Numbered from the stretch's first letter, positions 29,803-45,085 are shown. The stretch is 48,567 bases of DNA from Ministeria vibrans ATCC 50519 (GCA_943704425.1 CALSCP010001831.1:1-48567); one strand, 5' to 3'. A program made the numbers and translations. The notes: generated from the sequence alone by a model not told the origin.

Positions 29803-30634
29803 TTAATAATAATTATTATTGTTATCTTTCGAAAGAGAAGAAAAAATCGAATCGAATTCTTTTCGTACCTGGTTCAAAAGACTCGTCGTCGGAGCCGAAA
29901 CCAGCCTGTTCTTCACGCCCAAGAGCATAGTCGTCGTCCAAAGGCTCCTCTTCGTCATCTTCTTCATCGTTCAGACCACCTTCGCCATCCGCTGACTTGC
30001 CATCAGCGTCGACGGAGTCGCCATCTCCATCCTCCTCCTCTCTCTTCACACGCTCTCGGCCTGTCTTCGCCTGTGACTCCTGCTCGCGACGTTCTAGCTC
30101 CTTGGCATCCGCATACGTTCGGTACACTAAATTGTTCGCACGTCGTCGCTCGCGCTTCTGCCGCTTCTTCGACAGTAAATGCTCAAACTCCCTCTGACCT
30201 GTGTTGCGCTTGGTATCAGTACACACACCATTGTGTCTCCTAGGGCAGTTTACCTTTCCCAACTCCAGCAAAACGCGACTCCCAGCTCTCATCGGCCGTC
30301 TGCGCTCCATCCAGGTCGTTCACGGACGCTACACGAATTGTCGAGTTTGCACAGTGAACATCTCTTCTCTCACTGCTCACCATTAAGCAGAATAGCATTC
30401 TTGGCACGCTTTTGGTTGGCTCGGATGCGCAGGGGGTCGCGGCGCGACTGGAGGCGGCGCGCAATGGCGACAACGGGCGCAGCAACGCGTTTCGCGTCGT
30501 CCACTTGAAAGAGACCCCATTGATAGGGCGCCAGCGTCACCGACCCAATCGTTTTAGTGACTGACTCTCGTGCCTGCGCAACACCACGAATGAGCCACGA
30601 TGTGTGTGAAGAATGAGTTATTACCAATCCTTTT

Positions 30635-30666
<32 letters not shown>

Positions 30667-30752
30667 GCTCGTACGGGAAACATTGGTGTCGGGACAGCCA
30701 CCATTGGTGGATGAGCTGCAGATCTCGTCCCGCCAGATTGCTTCGGAGGCAT
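29803..30752 (-). CDS. Small basic-then-acidic protein, possibly RNA polymerase III subunit RPC7/C31-like
   Basis: Exons join as MPPKQ...VPTPMFP|...KELERREQES...DEEDDEEEPLDDDY...GFGSDDESFEP|DNNNNYY*. The P-x-P-x-FP motif, acidic tail with D-D-Y and terminal aromatic resemble RPC7. The last exon is tentative. Confidence 0.45.
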
Positions 30753-31054
30753 GTGTGACAGTGTGAGAATAGAATTGAATCAATTGAATATGACTATGGA
30801 TTAATAGGAAAATAAATAGAGAATCGAGAGCTGTACTCAATGTCAAAACAAGACAATATACAAAGCAATTTAAGCAAAGAGCAGCACAATACTTCCGCCG
30901 CAGTCCGTAGACTAGAATTGATTATTGAATTAAATAGTTGATTTAACAGAAGTCACGTTTAAAGAAAGTGTGAAAGGGCTGCTAATTAAATACTTACCAT
31001 GAAATCAGAAAATATTAATATGAATTCAAACCATTTTGTTGTCTTTTCAAAAAA

Positions 31055-34000
31055 ATGTCCAGCTTGGAAACGGATGCCCACGAGGTTAGTACTTAACAAC
31101 AGAAACAACTTACAGCTCTCTTGAACTACCAAGCACCAAGGGTTGCACCTTGCGCGTGATTCTCTTGTTTATACTGTTTTTTACAATGAGTCTCATTTGC
31201 AATACCCGTCGCCTTGACAACCGCCCACAATACCCGCCTTTCCTTCATAGATCGACCCCAATGCTGCGCTACAATCTCGTCTCTATTCAGATGGCGCCAT
31301 GTACAGCTCCACGACATCTAGTTCGCGCCAACACGACGTCACAAAGAGAGTACTACTTCTTTCGCTAACCCTGACCCTAACTAATCCTTTCTTCGTATTA
31401 ATATTGTGTGCCTACCTCATCTATATATCTATATAGACCCTCAAGCCTATAGTTTGTCGGCCATATGTTTATGACCTGGATCAGGTGCCCACGCCACGCC
31501 CACCCCTGTCGAAACGAACAAGCTTTTCGACTGCAGCCCAACACACTGCCGCCACTGCCGCCATCAAATTGACGCCTCTCTCCACACCCCCTTCGACAGT
31601 AACAGACGAATTGCCACACCTGCCAACATCTCTCAAGCACCTGCAAGACGTCTGGTTTCAGCAGCGAGGAGCGCAACCGCAACCAGCCGATTTACTGGCG
31701 TTGATTGATTGCGCCCGAAAAAACTCCCTTCCCATGGCCACCATCGAATCCCTAGCCTCCAATGGCTTCATCTACCTTCAGCCAACTTGCGCGCGCCACC
31801 ATTACGACTACTCCACTTACGCCTTGCACATCGTGCCCCACCAACAAGTCGATCGACACAACTACTACACCCTTAGCAACGCCGGCCTCACCCACACTCT
31901 CGATGGCGAATCCGAGTTCCTCACACTCGACCAGTGGGAACGCGACATTCTCAACTACCGCAAACTCACGCAGCTCCGCGTGTTTCGTCAACATCGCTTG
32001 CTCAAAGCCCTCAAGCTGTGGCACTTTGTTGTGCGTCGCAGATCCTTTCTGGCGCATCAGCACTCTCTCGATTCCCTTCTGTTACACGGTGATGCGCCCG
32101 TGCGCTCGGCGCTCCTCGCCATCCGCCACACCTACCTCAACTCCATCGCATCATGGCAGCTACTGGCTACGGAGTCCCACGAAACGTACTCACTTGACGC
32201 GTTCATGGCCAAGCAGCGGGCCACCGTCAGGTTGGTTCGCCGTCGTCTCGATGACACACGTGCGTATGCACTCACCACTGTCCTCGAAGCTTGTCAAGCG
32301 TCGCTTGACCAACAAGATTTTTCCGCCATGAGCAGCACATATTCTCACAGTGGAAAGGGAAACAGCGTGTCGTACACGGAGCAGGCGGCGAAACGCGCTC
32401 ACTGCAAACGCCTAGCCTCCTTTGTAAGACTCACCGACTACATGACCAATTCTTTTCTCCACTCGGTCGTCCTTTCGTCCACCTCCACACTTCTCTCCCT
32501 CGTTCAGTCTCGTGTTCAGCTCCCAATCAGTGCCGAGGGCGACGACGCTGACGTCAACAACAACAACAGCAACAACCTCGTGGATGCGCCCGCCCTCTTT
32601 CGCACCATGGTTGTGCTCGAGCTCAACGACACCGCCAGCGACCTTGCTTTCGCACCCGCTCTGCCCCTGTTCACCACGGCAATGTATCAGCTTGTTGATC
32701 TCTTCCGCACGACAGTCATCTCCACGCACAGCCTCGTCACCGACCCCATTCTGGCGGACTACATCAACCCACGCATCAACACCAAGCTCGACCTCGATGA
32801 CCTGCCCGCAGGTCCTTCGCTCGAGGCTGTCTTTAACGAAGACGAGCACTTTCTCAATCTCACCCACTTGATTGGTACGTCGCTGCGCGTTGCCTTTGAC
32901 GAGGCTGCCCGCTTTGCTCTGACGCTCGGCCACATTCGTGACTACTGTGTCGAGAGTAAGTCGTTCACCGTCGACGATGACTGCCGCAACGATGACATCT
33001 CTGTTAACGACTTCCGCGGCCATCTGGTACGCCTCACCCAACAAGAGCGCACCATCCTTGATCTCGAGTCGTCTCGCAACACGGGCGTGATTCTCGTTGA
33101 GCTACCCGAACTCCAGCGCCAGGCTTTGCCCAGTGTGCGCGCCTGCATCCGTCGCATCGACTTGGTACTGCCACGTCGCGTCCACACTAAGAACGAGAGA
33201 CTCCTCGCCTGTATTGACGATGCCTGCACGCGTCTCGAGCTCTCACCCGCCAACATCACCGAGTCAGTTGCCTGGCTCAAGTTCCTCGAAGACATCCTCG
33301 ACCGCACCCAGTCCATCGAGTCAGACGCCCTCAACGTCTCGCAGCTCTATTCGCTCCTGCAGGAATTCCAAATGGCCGTACCCCCCGAACACGTTGCCAT
33401 CTTTCAGACTCTGTCGCCGGCTCTCAACCGTCTCAAGACGACCGTCATCGAGGCGGAGTCGCAACGCGAAGAGAACCTTGTTGCCTTTGCCAAAAATCTT
33501 CAAGGTGACATTGCGCTGCTGCTAGAGGATGCGGACAGCATTGGTCGAGCGGCCGCCGAAGAGCGCGTCTTTGATTCTACGACGGATCCCCTGGACGCCA
33601 TTGAGTTCCTAAACAATCTCGAGCGGCGTTGTGTCCGTCTCCGTCGCACCGCCGACACCTACACCGGCTACCAGCGGAGTTTCCTTCCCAAGTTACCCGC
33701 TGCTGACTTCTCTGATCTCACCACCGCCCACGATGCAGTCATCAAACGACTGCGCATGTGGACCGAATTGCGCGACTGGACAGCACTGGTGGACTCGTGG
33801 ATGAGTGGCGCCTTTGCAACTTTTGACGTGAGTGACGCTGGCGAACGGTTGCGTGCATTCCAGCGCGAAACGTACACTCTCGAGAAAGTGCTGCCAGCCA
33901 ATGCCGTCGTCGAGTTGCTCAAAGAACGCGCACTAGAATTCAAGGTCTACCTTCCATGTCTAGTAGACCTGTGCAACGACGCGCTCAAGCCGCGTCATTG

Positions 34001-35536
34001 GGACGCCATTGAGTTTGCAACTGGACTCAGTGTGCCACGTGACAGATCGCTCACCTTGCGCGCTCTCATAGCGACGGGCCTTCTTGAGCACCACGCAGAC
34101 ATTCAGGCGGTGTCGAGTCAGGCCAGCAGCGAGGCAGCCCTCGAGAAAATGCTCAAGAAGATCGAGGATGCCTGGGGTGCGTGTGAGCTCACGGTTCTTC
34201 CCTACCGTGACACCAAGGACGTGTACATTCTTGGGAGTGTCGACGAGATTCAGTCGCTCCTTGACGACTCGGTTGCCTCTGTGTGCACCATTGCAGCGTC
34301 GCGTCATGTGGGCCCCATTCAGAAGCAGGTCGACGACTGGCAACACAACTTGATGCTCTTCAGCGACACTCTCGACGCCTGCATGGTCTGCCAGCGCGCC
34401 TGGCTCTCCCTCGAGCCTGTCTTCACCACACCCGATATTCAGCGACAGCTGCCCGCCGAGGCAAAGACCTTCCTCTCGGTGGACAAGACCTGGAAGGATG
34501 CCATGCGCCAAATTCAGCGCAAACCCGCAGCCATACCAGCCGGTACCGAGCCAGGTCTGCTTGAGAGCATGCTTGCGAGCAACTCAACGCTCGAGCAGGT
34601 GCAAAAGTGCCTCGAAGAATACCTAGAGTCGAAGAGACTTCTCTTCCCGCGCTTCTACTTTCTCTCTAACGAAGGTCTCCTCGAGATTCTTTCGCAAACA
34701 CGCAACCCACAGGCAGTGCAACCACACCTTCGCAAGTGCTTTGATTCGTTGCGCTCGCTTGACTTTACATCAGCCGTTGACATTACGGGCATGTTTAGTG
34801 CCGAGGGCGAGCACATTGCATTTACCAAGACGCTCAAGGCACGCGGCAATATTGAGGCGTGGCTCGGTGCTGTTGAGCAGATGATTGTCGACACACTACA
34901 GCGTCTCACTAAGACGACACTGGCGGCGCATGTGAATGAGTCACGTGAGACGTGGGTACTGGGTGACCATCCAGGTCAGATGGTGCTCACTGTGGCCCAG
35001 ATTGTCTGGTGTCGTCAGGTCACGGACTGTCTCGAGTCGCACAACCCAAGTGAGGCACTCGCGCGCATGGAGAACACTTGCGAGAAGAACCTTGCACACC
35101 TCGCCGAGATTGTGCGAGGTCCTTTGACGTCGCTCAAGCGTCGTGTCATCACGGCGCTCATTACACTCGATGTGCACGCCCGTGACATTGTCACGCAAAT
35201 GGTGCGTCAAGAGTGCTTCAGCACAAACGACTTTGAGTGGATGCGACAGCTGCGCTACTACTGGGACGCCGAGACCGACGTGTGCTTGGTGCGCATGAGC
35301 AACGCTGTATTCCACTACGCGTATGAGTACATCGGCTGTCAACCCCGTCTCGTCATTACTCCGCTCACAGACCGTTGCTACCTCTGTCTCACCGGTGCTC
35401 TCCAGCTTGATCTTGGTGGTGCACCAGCTGGACCTGCTGGAACAGGAAAGGTACAGCATTGTTTCGATTTTTTGGTTTGCAATGATTCTATAATAATATA
35501 AATAATAATAACAATAATAATAATAATAATACAATC

Positions 35537-35618
<82 letters not shown>

Positions 35619-38600
35619 TATTATTATTATTATTATTGACATTATGATTGTTAATATTATTCTATTCATTATTTTCATTGTTTATTTTTGATTTTTCATT
35701 ATTTTTATTCTGTTTCTGCACTCTTTTCCATTTCACTTTATTTGTTCCTATTCTCTATTCCTATTCATTTTTAACGTTTTGTTGTGCAGACGGAAACCGT
35801 CAAGGACTTGGCCAAGGCGCTCGCAAAGCAATGTGTTGTGTTCAATTGCAGCGAGGGTCTCGACTACCGCATGATGGGACGCTTCTTCAGCGGGTATGCT
35901 TGACCTTGGTCCCCCTTCACTCCTAACTCTCTTCTCGTTTTCTCATAGTCTCGCTCAATCAGGTGCATGGGCGTGCTTCGACGAGTTCAATCGCATTGAC
36001 ATCGAAGTGCTTTCAGTCATTGCTCAGCAACTACTGACCATTATGCGTGCGAAACAGGCACACGCCTCCAACTTTCTATTTGAGGGACGACACATCTCGT
36101 TGGTGCCTTCCTGTGCGGCATTCATCACCATGAATCCGGGTTATGCTGGTCGCACTGAGCTTCCAGGTGAGTAATTGAATGCGACCAATTTTCACGAATT
36201 TAGTAGTACATACCATACGAACGGAGTAGTCAGCGCGACTCAATAGCACTCTTCTTTTTTTCTCCTTCCTTTTTTGCATTTAGACAACCTCAAGGCACTG
36301 TTTCGCCCCTTTGCCATGATGATCCCTGACTACAAACTCATTGCCGAGGTCATTCTCTACAGCGAGGGCTTTGCCTCGTCACATCTCCTTGCTCAAAAGA
36401 TGGTTCAAATGTACAAGCTGTGCAGCGAGAAGCTCTCGCAACAAGACCACTATGACTTTGGCATGCGGGCCGTCAAGTCGGTCCTTGTCATGGCGGGCGC
36501 ACTTAAGCGTGCCAATCCCGAGATTAGTGAAGGTGCGCCGCGAGAAAATAGCAGAGGATGGGAGGGAAGGAGAAAGAAGGAAAAATGAGTACTAACCATT
36601 TTGTTGTGTGTGCGTGTGTGTGTGTGTTTTTTTTCTTCTTTTTTTTTTTCCGTAGATGCTGTTCTCATTCGAGCCTTGCGCGACTCCAATTTGCCCAAGT
36701 TTCTCGCACAAGATGTGCCGCTGTTTCAGGCGATCCTTCAAGACCTGTTTCCTTCCATTGAAATCCCCGAGGCGGACGTAGGGCGTCTGCGTCTCACCAT
36801 TGAGGAGGTGCTACGCGACCGTCACCTCCAGGTGGTACCGGCGCTTGTGCTCAAGTGTGTGCAGTTCTACGAGACTATAAATGTACGTCACGGCGTCATG
36901 CTCGTGGGCCCTTCGGGGGGTGGCAAGACCACCAACTACGAGGTGTTGGCCGAGGCATTGTGCCGATTGCACGCTCAAGATTCGGCTGTATTGGATTTGA
37001 ACAACGGCCAGGCTGACTATGATCAGGTATGAGGAGGCACTCATCAAAAGTTGTCTCGGCGGTTATTTTTTTTTTTTTTTGCTATGTTTTCAGGACTGTG
37101 TTGGCTTCCAGAAATGCACTTATCGCGTTCTCAATCCCAAAGTAATCACCATGGGCGAGTTGTACGGAGAATTTGATGAGTTGTCGCATGAATGGACGGA
37201 CGGACTGCTCGCGTCGATGGTGCGCCAGGCGGTGAACGAACGCACGCCGGCCTACAAGTTCATTGTGTGCGATGCGCCTGTGGATGCGCTATGGATCGAG
37301 AACATGAACACAGTACTGGACGACAACAAAACGCTGTGTCTGGCCAATTCGGAGCGTATAAAACTAGACTCCAGTGTGCGAATGGTCTTTGAGTGTCAGG
37401 ATCTTGCCGTTGCCTCGCCCGCCACTGTCAGTCGCTGCGGCATGGTTTATATGGATCCGGCTGACGTGGGCTGGCGCCCTTTTGTGGAATCGTGGCTTGT
37501 GCGATTTGCAGCGCACGAGCATGTGCCAGTGTTACTTGCGACTCAAGTGCGCTCCCTCATTGATTGCTATGTGCCGCGCGCTCTTGACTTTGTGCGTGCG
37601 CACTGCTTCGAGCCGTTTGCTCAGGTTGACGTCAGCAAGGTCTCTAGCATGTGCGTGCTTCTGGATGCGCTCCTCACAACTGAGCACGTAGCACCCGAGA
37701 TCGACAACGAGACGCGCCTCGTGTCGTTGGGTGCCAGTGCTTTCATTTATGCGCTCGTGTGGGCGCTCGGCGGTAACCTGAACTGTCCTGGCTATGCTGT
37801 TTTTGATGTGTTTGCCAAGGAGCTTTTGGAGCCTCTGTCGGCCACTGTGGTCGTACCACAGCAGGACACGCTCTTCGACTACTACCTGGACTACGAGTGT
37901 GCTGCTTTGGCGTCGTGGGCCGATTCGGTGCCGGCCTTTGAGTACGACGCGAACATGAGCTACTTCGACATGCTCGTGCCTACGGTCGACACACAACGCT
38001 ATGGACATGTGCTGCGTGTGTGTGTGCTTGCTGACCAGCCCGTGTTGTTCACCGGCACCACAGGGGTCGGCAAGAGCGTCCTGGTTGCAGGCACGTTGCG
38101 GCAGTTGCAGCAAGAGGCGCATTTCGCGTGCTCCACAATCAACTTTAGTGCGCAGACACACAGTGGCAACACTCAAAAGCTGATTATGAGCAAGCTTGAG
38201 AAGCGCAGTGGCACGACGTACGGTGCGCCCGGCGGTGCGGAACGTGTGGTGCTTTTTGTCGACGACCTCAACATGCCCAAACTGGAAGAGTTTGGTGCTG
38301 TGCCGCCCATTGAGCTTTTGCGACAGTTGCTCTCTCAGCGTGGCCTCTACGACCGCGAGCGTCTTGTGTTCACTGACATTCATGATGTGACTCTCCTCGC
38401 CGCGTGTGGCCACCCGGGCGGTGGCCGAAACGCCATCACGCCGCGCCTGCTGCGTCATTTTCTCATTTTGAACATGCCCGAACCCAACGACACAACGCTG
38501 CGCACGATCTTCCAGGGGATCCTCGACGGTTTCTTTTCCGCGCACGAGTTTGCTACGGAGATTCTGCAGACTGCCGTGGGTCTGGTCAACTGTGCGGTTG

Positions 38601-41600
38601 ACGTGTACAATCGCCTCGCGTGCGAGATGCTTCCCACGCCCACCAAGTCTCACTACGTCTTCAACCTGCGCGACCTCAGCAAGTGCGTGCAGGGTCTTTT
38701 GCGCGCAACGCCCGCCACGGTGGACACACGCGACCAGTTGGTGCGCCTCTTTTGCCATGAGAACATGCGAGCGTTTCACGACCGTCTTGTCGACAGACAC
38801 GACCGTCGTTTCTACTGTCAGCTGCTGGCTCGCGCTGTACAAACATCTATGGACATTCACGTGGACGCGTCCATGCTCATGGCACAACCACCACTCTACG
38901 GCGACTTTTTTGTGGCGCACGTGGCGCCCGAGCAGCGCGTGTACCGCGAAGCACCCAACGACCCGAATGCGCTCGCGGCCCTTCTCGACGAGTATCAGGA
39001 GGATATGAATGCGCTGCAGTCGCGCGACCAGCGACTCGTGTTCTTCGACGATGCTGTGCACCATTGTTCGCGCATAGTGCGCACGCTGCGCCAGGAGCGT
39101 GGCAATGCTCTCCTGGTGGGTGTGGGGGGTGTGGGCAAGCAATCGCTGACGCGTCTCGCCGCCTTCATTTGTGGTTACTCGTGTTTTTCCATTGAGCTCA
39201 CGCGCGGCTACCGCTACCAGGAGTTCCACGAGGACCTCAAGGCACTGTATGAGCGAGCGGGTGTGCGCGGCGAGAACATCGTCTTTCTCTTTACCGATTC
39301 GCAAATTGTCGTGGAGGAGTTTCTTGAGGACATCAACAACATGCTCAACAGTGGCGAGGTGCCCGGTTTGTTTGAAGGCGAGGATCTCAACCGGATCATC
39401 GAGGGCATGCGACCAGTCGCCAAGGAGCACGACGTGGCGCAGGATCGCACATCGCTGTATCGCTTTTTTATTGAGCGTGTGCGTGCCCACCTACACATTG
39501 TGCTGTGCATGAGTCCCGTTGGCGACTCGTTTCGTCGGCGGTGTCGCATGTTTCCGTCGCTCATCAACTGCTGCACCATCGACTGGTTTACCGTGTGGCC
39601 GCGCGACGCGCTCCTCAGTGTCTCCCAGCACTTCTTCGCGTCGGGCGACCTAACTTCCGACACGCCCAGCCATGTTGCGGCTGCCCTCCCGAACGACCTG
39701 GGTACACGCCTTGCCCACATGTGCGTGGCCGTGCACACCAGTGTCGAGCAAGCGAGTGCGCAATTTTATGCGGAACTGCGACGCCACTACTATGCAACGC
39801 CCACGAGCTATCTGGAGCTCATTCAGTTGTATGCGCAGATGCTTACAACAAAAAAGCGTGCACTCTCGCTGCAACGCAGTCGTGTCGAGACAGGTCTGGT
39901 CAAGCTGCTGGAGACGAACGATGTGGTGGTGACCATTGAGAGGGAGCTACAGGCGCTGCGACCCGAGCTCAATAAGCGTGCGGGGGACACAGAAGCGCTG
40001 ATGGTGCAGCTGGCAGAGGATAAGAAGGAAGCGGACGCGCAGCGCAAAGTGGTTGCCAAGGAGGAGGCGGTGGCGCAAAATCAGGCGTTGGAGACTGAGG
40101 CGATTGCAAACGAGGCGCAGCGTGACCTTGATCAGGCTATTCCGGCGTTGAGTGCGGCCGTGGCGTCGCTCGATGCGCTCGACAAGCAGTCCATTGCCGA
40201 GCTGAAGATGTTCAACAAGCCCCCCGACATGGTGCGCACCGTGATGGAATCCGTCTGTATTCTGTTTGGTGTCAAACCCAATTGGGAATCGAGCAAGCAG
40301 TTGCTGGGCGAAGTGGGCTTTCTCAAGCGTATGGTTGACTATGACAAGGACGGCGTGTCGGACGTGACGCTGCGCAAGCTTCGCAAGTATATTGACAATC
40401 CGAGTTTCACACCGGAGATTGTTGCCATCACGTCGGTGGCGTGCAAGGCCATCTGCACCTGGGTGCGTGCACTCGACCTGTACGCCAAGGTGTTCCGCAC
40501 GGTGCAGCCGAAGCGCAAGCGACTGGCCGAGGCACAGGCAAGTCTGGTGGTGACACGTGCAGCGCTCGCTGAGAAACAGACGAGTTTGGAGGCGGTGGAG
40601 AAGAAGATTGCAAGACTGCAAGCGAGCTACGACCACAGCGTCAAGGCAAAGCGCACCCTCGAGGAACGCATTGAGGACACGTCTACGCGTCTCGAGCGAG
40701 CCAGTCGGCTCACGACGGCGCTTGACGACGAGCAGGTGCGCTGGGGTGAGACCGTGGAGCGAATCGACGAGGAGTTTGCCACGGTGGTTGGCGATGTGTT
40801 TATTGCGGCTGCCGCTGTCGCCTACTACGGAGCGTTTACAGCGCCCTACCGTCGCACACTGGTCGCTGGCTGGCTCGTGCTTTGTCTCGAACAGGGCATT
40901 CCTGTGGCGAGCGAACCGGCTCGTGGCGATAGTACTAATGGTGAGGGAGGCTCGACCGACGCGGCGCAACCAGCGGAAACTGGCTTTTCCATGGAGAAGG
41001 TGGTCACCGATGCGTACGAGATTCGCTCGTGGAACGAACATGGGCTTCCGCGTGACCCGCTGAGCTCAGAGAATGCGATTTTGGCGACGCGGGGTCGTCG
41101 TTGGCCGCTTATGATTGATCCGCAAGAACAAGCAAATCGATGGGTGCGCAGCATGGAGAGTAAGAGCGATCTCAAGGTAATCAAACTGGGCGAGCCCAGG
41201 TTTTTGCGAACCCTCGAGAACGCGATACGCTTGGGATTGCCCGTGCTGCTCGAGGACATTGGAGAGATGCTGGACCCTGTACTGGAGCCAGTGCTGCTGC
41301 GTCAGACCTTCAAGCAGGGCGGGCGCACGTTGATTCGACTGGGCGACGCGGACGTGGACTACAACGAGCACTTTCGTCTGTACATCACGACGAAGCTGGC
41401 CAATCCACACTTCTTGCCCGAAGTCTTTATCAAGGTGACCATTATCAACTTTACGGTGACCCAGCTGGGTCTCGAGGACCAGCTGCTGGCGGACGTGGTG
41501 CGTCTTGAGCGGCCCGAACTTGCACTGCAACGGAGCGAGCTCATTGTATCCATTAACAAGGACAAAGCGACGCTGCGTGCCATTGAAGATCGCATTTTGA

Positions 41601-44600
41601 AGATGCTCTTTGAGAGTTCGGGCAGCATTCTCGACGATGAGACGCTCATTTCGGCGCTGAACGAGAGCAAGACAACGAGTCGTGCCATTTCGCTACGCCT
41701 CGTGGCCGCCGAGGCGACCGAGCGTACCATTGACGTGGCTCGCGAGCGCTACCGTGGCGTCGCTGTGCGCGGTTCGCTTCTTTACTTTGTCGTGGCGAGC
41801 CTTGCGCTCATCGATCCCATGTACCAGTACTCGCTCAAGTTCTTCAAGGCTCTCTTTTGCTCCGTGATTGCTAGCCTTGAGCATGAGCAGCAACCGTACG
41901 GAGACGAGCATGAGGATCCGGTCGAGCGAGGTAACGAAGGCGACGAGCACAACAGCGATGGTGATGGTGACGAGGCTGAAAAGGCAGAGAATTGCGCTGA
42001 TGGTGCGGAAGCGGCTGTGGATGCGGTACTGGGCGAGCGTATCGAGACGCTGCTGCGCTTGCTCAATGAGAGCGTTTATCGCAATGTGGCGCGCGGTGTG
42101 TTTGCTCAACACAAGCTACTGTTGTCGTTTCTGCTGGGCACATCGATTGAACGACATGCAGGACGCATTGGCAGCACTGAGTGGACCATGATGTTGCGTG
42201 GACCCTTTTCGCCTTCGCTACAAATGCACATTGACTCAAATTCGGCTTCTGTCACTACAGCTCCCGCTGCCTGGCCTGGCGATGAGACGGGGCTGCCGCT
42301 GACAAAGGAGACCTGGGAGCTTTTGGTTGAGGCGGAACGTGTCCTACCGAACGTGCTTGGCTCGCTGTGTGAGCATATTAGTGCGAATGCTCACGAGTGG
42401 GAAGCGTTCTTCCGCGGCGACACGCCGTTCAGCGCCTGTCCTTGGTCCCAACGACTGACGGCCTTCCAGCGCCTAATGTTGGTGGCCCTGACACGCAAGG
42501 ACCGCTTCGTGCCGTCTCTCACCGCCTACATTGTGGCCGAGGTGGGTGCCGGCTACGTACAAGAGCCGGCAATCGACCTGCCGAGTGTGTTTGGGGACAC
42601 GTCATCGAGCACTCCGCTCATTTTTATTTTGAGTCCCGGTTCGGATCCCATGGCGGCATTTATGCGCTTTGCACATGAGCGCGACTACGCACATCGTGTG
42701 CAGACTATTTCTCTGGGTCAGGGCCAGGGCCCTGTTGCGGAGCAGCTCGTGGTGACTGCAATGACGACGGGCGACTGGGTCTTTCTGCAGAACTGTCACT
42801 TGGCCGCAAGTTGGATGAGCGAGCTTGAGCGTCTCGTGCGCGCACTTCTGTCGCCTGGCGAGGCACCGGTGCACCCTGACTTTCGTCTGTTTCTCTCGTC
42901 GATGCCCTCACGCGATTTTCCCGTGTCCGTGTTGCAAAACAGTGTCAAGGTGACCAACGAGCCACCGCGCGGTCTACAGGCGAATCTTAAGCGGACGGTG
43001 GCGGCGCTGGATGCGGCTGAATTTGACGCACACGAGCGCGGGAGCACCTGGCGACGCATGGTCATGGGACTGTGCTTTTTTCATGCGATTGTGCTGGAGC
43101 GCAAGAAGTTTGGCGCTCTTGGCTGGAACAAAGAGTACGAGTTTAACGAGAGCGATCGCGAGTGTGCTCTTTTCCAACTGGACATGTTTCTGCCCAAGTC
43201 AACAAGGCGACTTCGTGCGACAACGCTCGGTGCTGTTGATGTTCCTTTGCCTGACATTCCGTGGGATGCGTTGTCGTTTTTGACGGGCGAAATCACGTAT
43301 GGGGGACGAGTGACGGATCACTGGGACCAGCGTTGTCTCAAGAGCATTCTCAAGGGGGTTTTTGGTGAGAGTATTGTGGCGCATGTGAGCGACGCGTATC
43401 CACTGGGATTGGCTGGCAATGATAGCTCTGGGAGTGTGTATCGCTTGCTGGGCGCGAACGAGGGCGATGCGCACAGTGACTACGTGGACTATGTAACAAC
43501 GTTGCCGCTCGACGATGTACCCACGGTGTTTGGCCTGCACGCCAACGCGAACATCACGTACCAACTGAATGAGACGCGGGCGATTGTGGATGCGCTACTG
43601 GAGGTACAGCCGCGCGAGTACGTGGTGAGTGCTATGGCGACAAACGATGAGGATGACGAGGCGAAGAAAGAGGATGGAGGGGAGGGGGAGGAGGTGGAAG
43701 GGGGAGGAGCGGGTGTGCTGGGTGACGATGGCATTGTGTTGCGACTGGCCTTGTCACTCGGGTCGCGTGTGCCTGCTCTCTTAGTCGTCCACGAGGGTCT
43801 TTCGACTCTTTTTGTTCCCGACGCAATGGGCCGTGAAGATTCGTTGACGACAGTGCTGAAACAAGAGTGTGATCGCTTCAACCGACTTCTGCGAGCAGTT
43901 GCGGTGTCGCTTTCCGATCTGGTACGTGCCATTCGTGGTCTGGTGGTCATGTCGCCCGAGCTGGAGAGTGTTTATGGGGCGCTTCTCAATGGCAAGGTGC
44001 CGTCGGCCTGGGCCGCACTCGCGTACCCGTCGCTCAAGGTTCGTCATTTGATTGTTGACAGCACTTTTTGCTACACAAAATCTTTTGAATTAATCATTGC
44101 TTTTTTTAGTCGTTGAGTCCATGGATGGACGACCTGCAGGCGCGCGTGGCCTTTGTGCGCGATTGGCTGACCAATGGCGAACCGCGTGCCTTTTGGCTCA
44201 GTGGCCTCTTTTTCCCACAAGGTGTGTGGGGGGTTGTGTGAGAGAGAAAAAGGCATAGGAAGAGAGAGAAAGAAAGGAGGAAGAAAGAAACAAAGGGATA
44301 GAGAGAGAGAGAGAGCGAGGAGGGAGAAGGAACCAAATGGATAGAAAGACAGACAGACATAGACATAGAGTATGTGTGTCTGTTTGCGTGTGTTGAGCTA
44401 ATTGCTGAGTTTTATTTAGTGCTCTGAGTGTGGTGTATGTTTGATGATGCCTCATTGATGCCCAATGTACTGACTGTGGTTTGATAGGATTTTTGACGGG
44501 AGCACTGCAGCGACACGCGCGCAAGTACCGTCAGCCTATTGATGCACTGTCGTTTGACTTTGAGGTACTGGATCGAACTGAGTTTACCTGTGAGCAAGTG

Positions 44601-45085
44601 AGACACTCATCGGAAATTGAAGTGCCGGTATGATCAAGAAGAGAGACAGTATCATGTCGACGAAAAGGTGTGAGACGATGTACGTTTACGTGGTGTAGGA
44701 GGATGGGTTTCTTGTGCACGGGCTGTTTTTGGAGGGAGCTCGGTGGTGCTTTGAGGACCACTGTTTGCGCGATGAATACGATGCACAGATGCTCTCGGTA
44801 GGACACGATGCTGTCGAATTTGCACACAGGTACACTCGCTCACTCCCGCGCTATCACGTTCCCTTCCAGGCACTGCCCCTGATTCACTTTGTGCCGCGCA
44901 TGGACTTTGCTGCGCCCGAGAGCGCCTACCAATGTCCATTGTACAAGACGAGTGCTCGGGCGGGTGTGCTCAGCACGACGGGACACTCGACCAACTTTGT
45001 GCTGGCTTTGGCATTACCCACCGACCAATCTGTGGACTATTGGATTCGCAAGGGAACGGCGGCTCTAGCGCAGTCCGATACATGA
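31055..45085 (+). CDS. DNAH6: Axonemal inner-arm dynein heavy chain, DNAH6-like (exact first exons uncertain)
   Basis: Walker A motifs GPAGTGK|[18 protein letters not shown] and GVGGVGKQS; FPRFYFLSN; CFDEFNRI; [13 protein letters not shown]; stalk coiled coil; RWPLMIDPQ; SLGQGQG; C-terminus [21 protein letters not shown]...W. Confidence 0.93.

Noticed and set aside
37532-41041. Long antisense ORFs (652 aa, 364 aa), and likewise 21598-23256, 25113-26222 and 16410-17468
   Set aside because: They are shadow frames of GC-rich coding exons on the opposite strand and have no recognisable domains.
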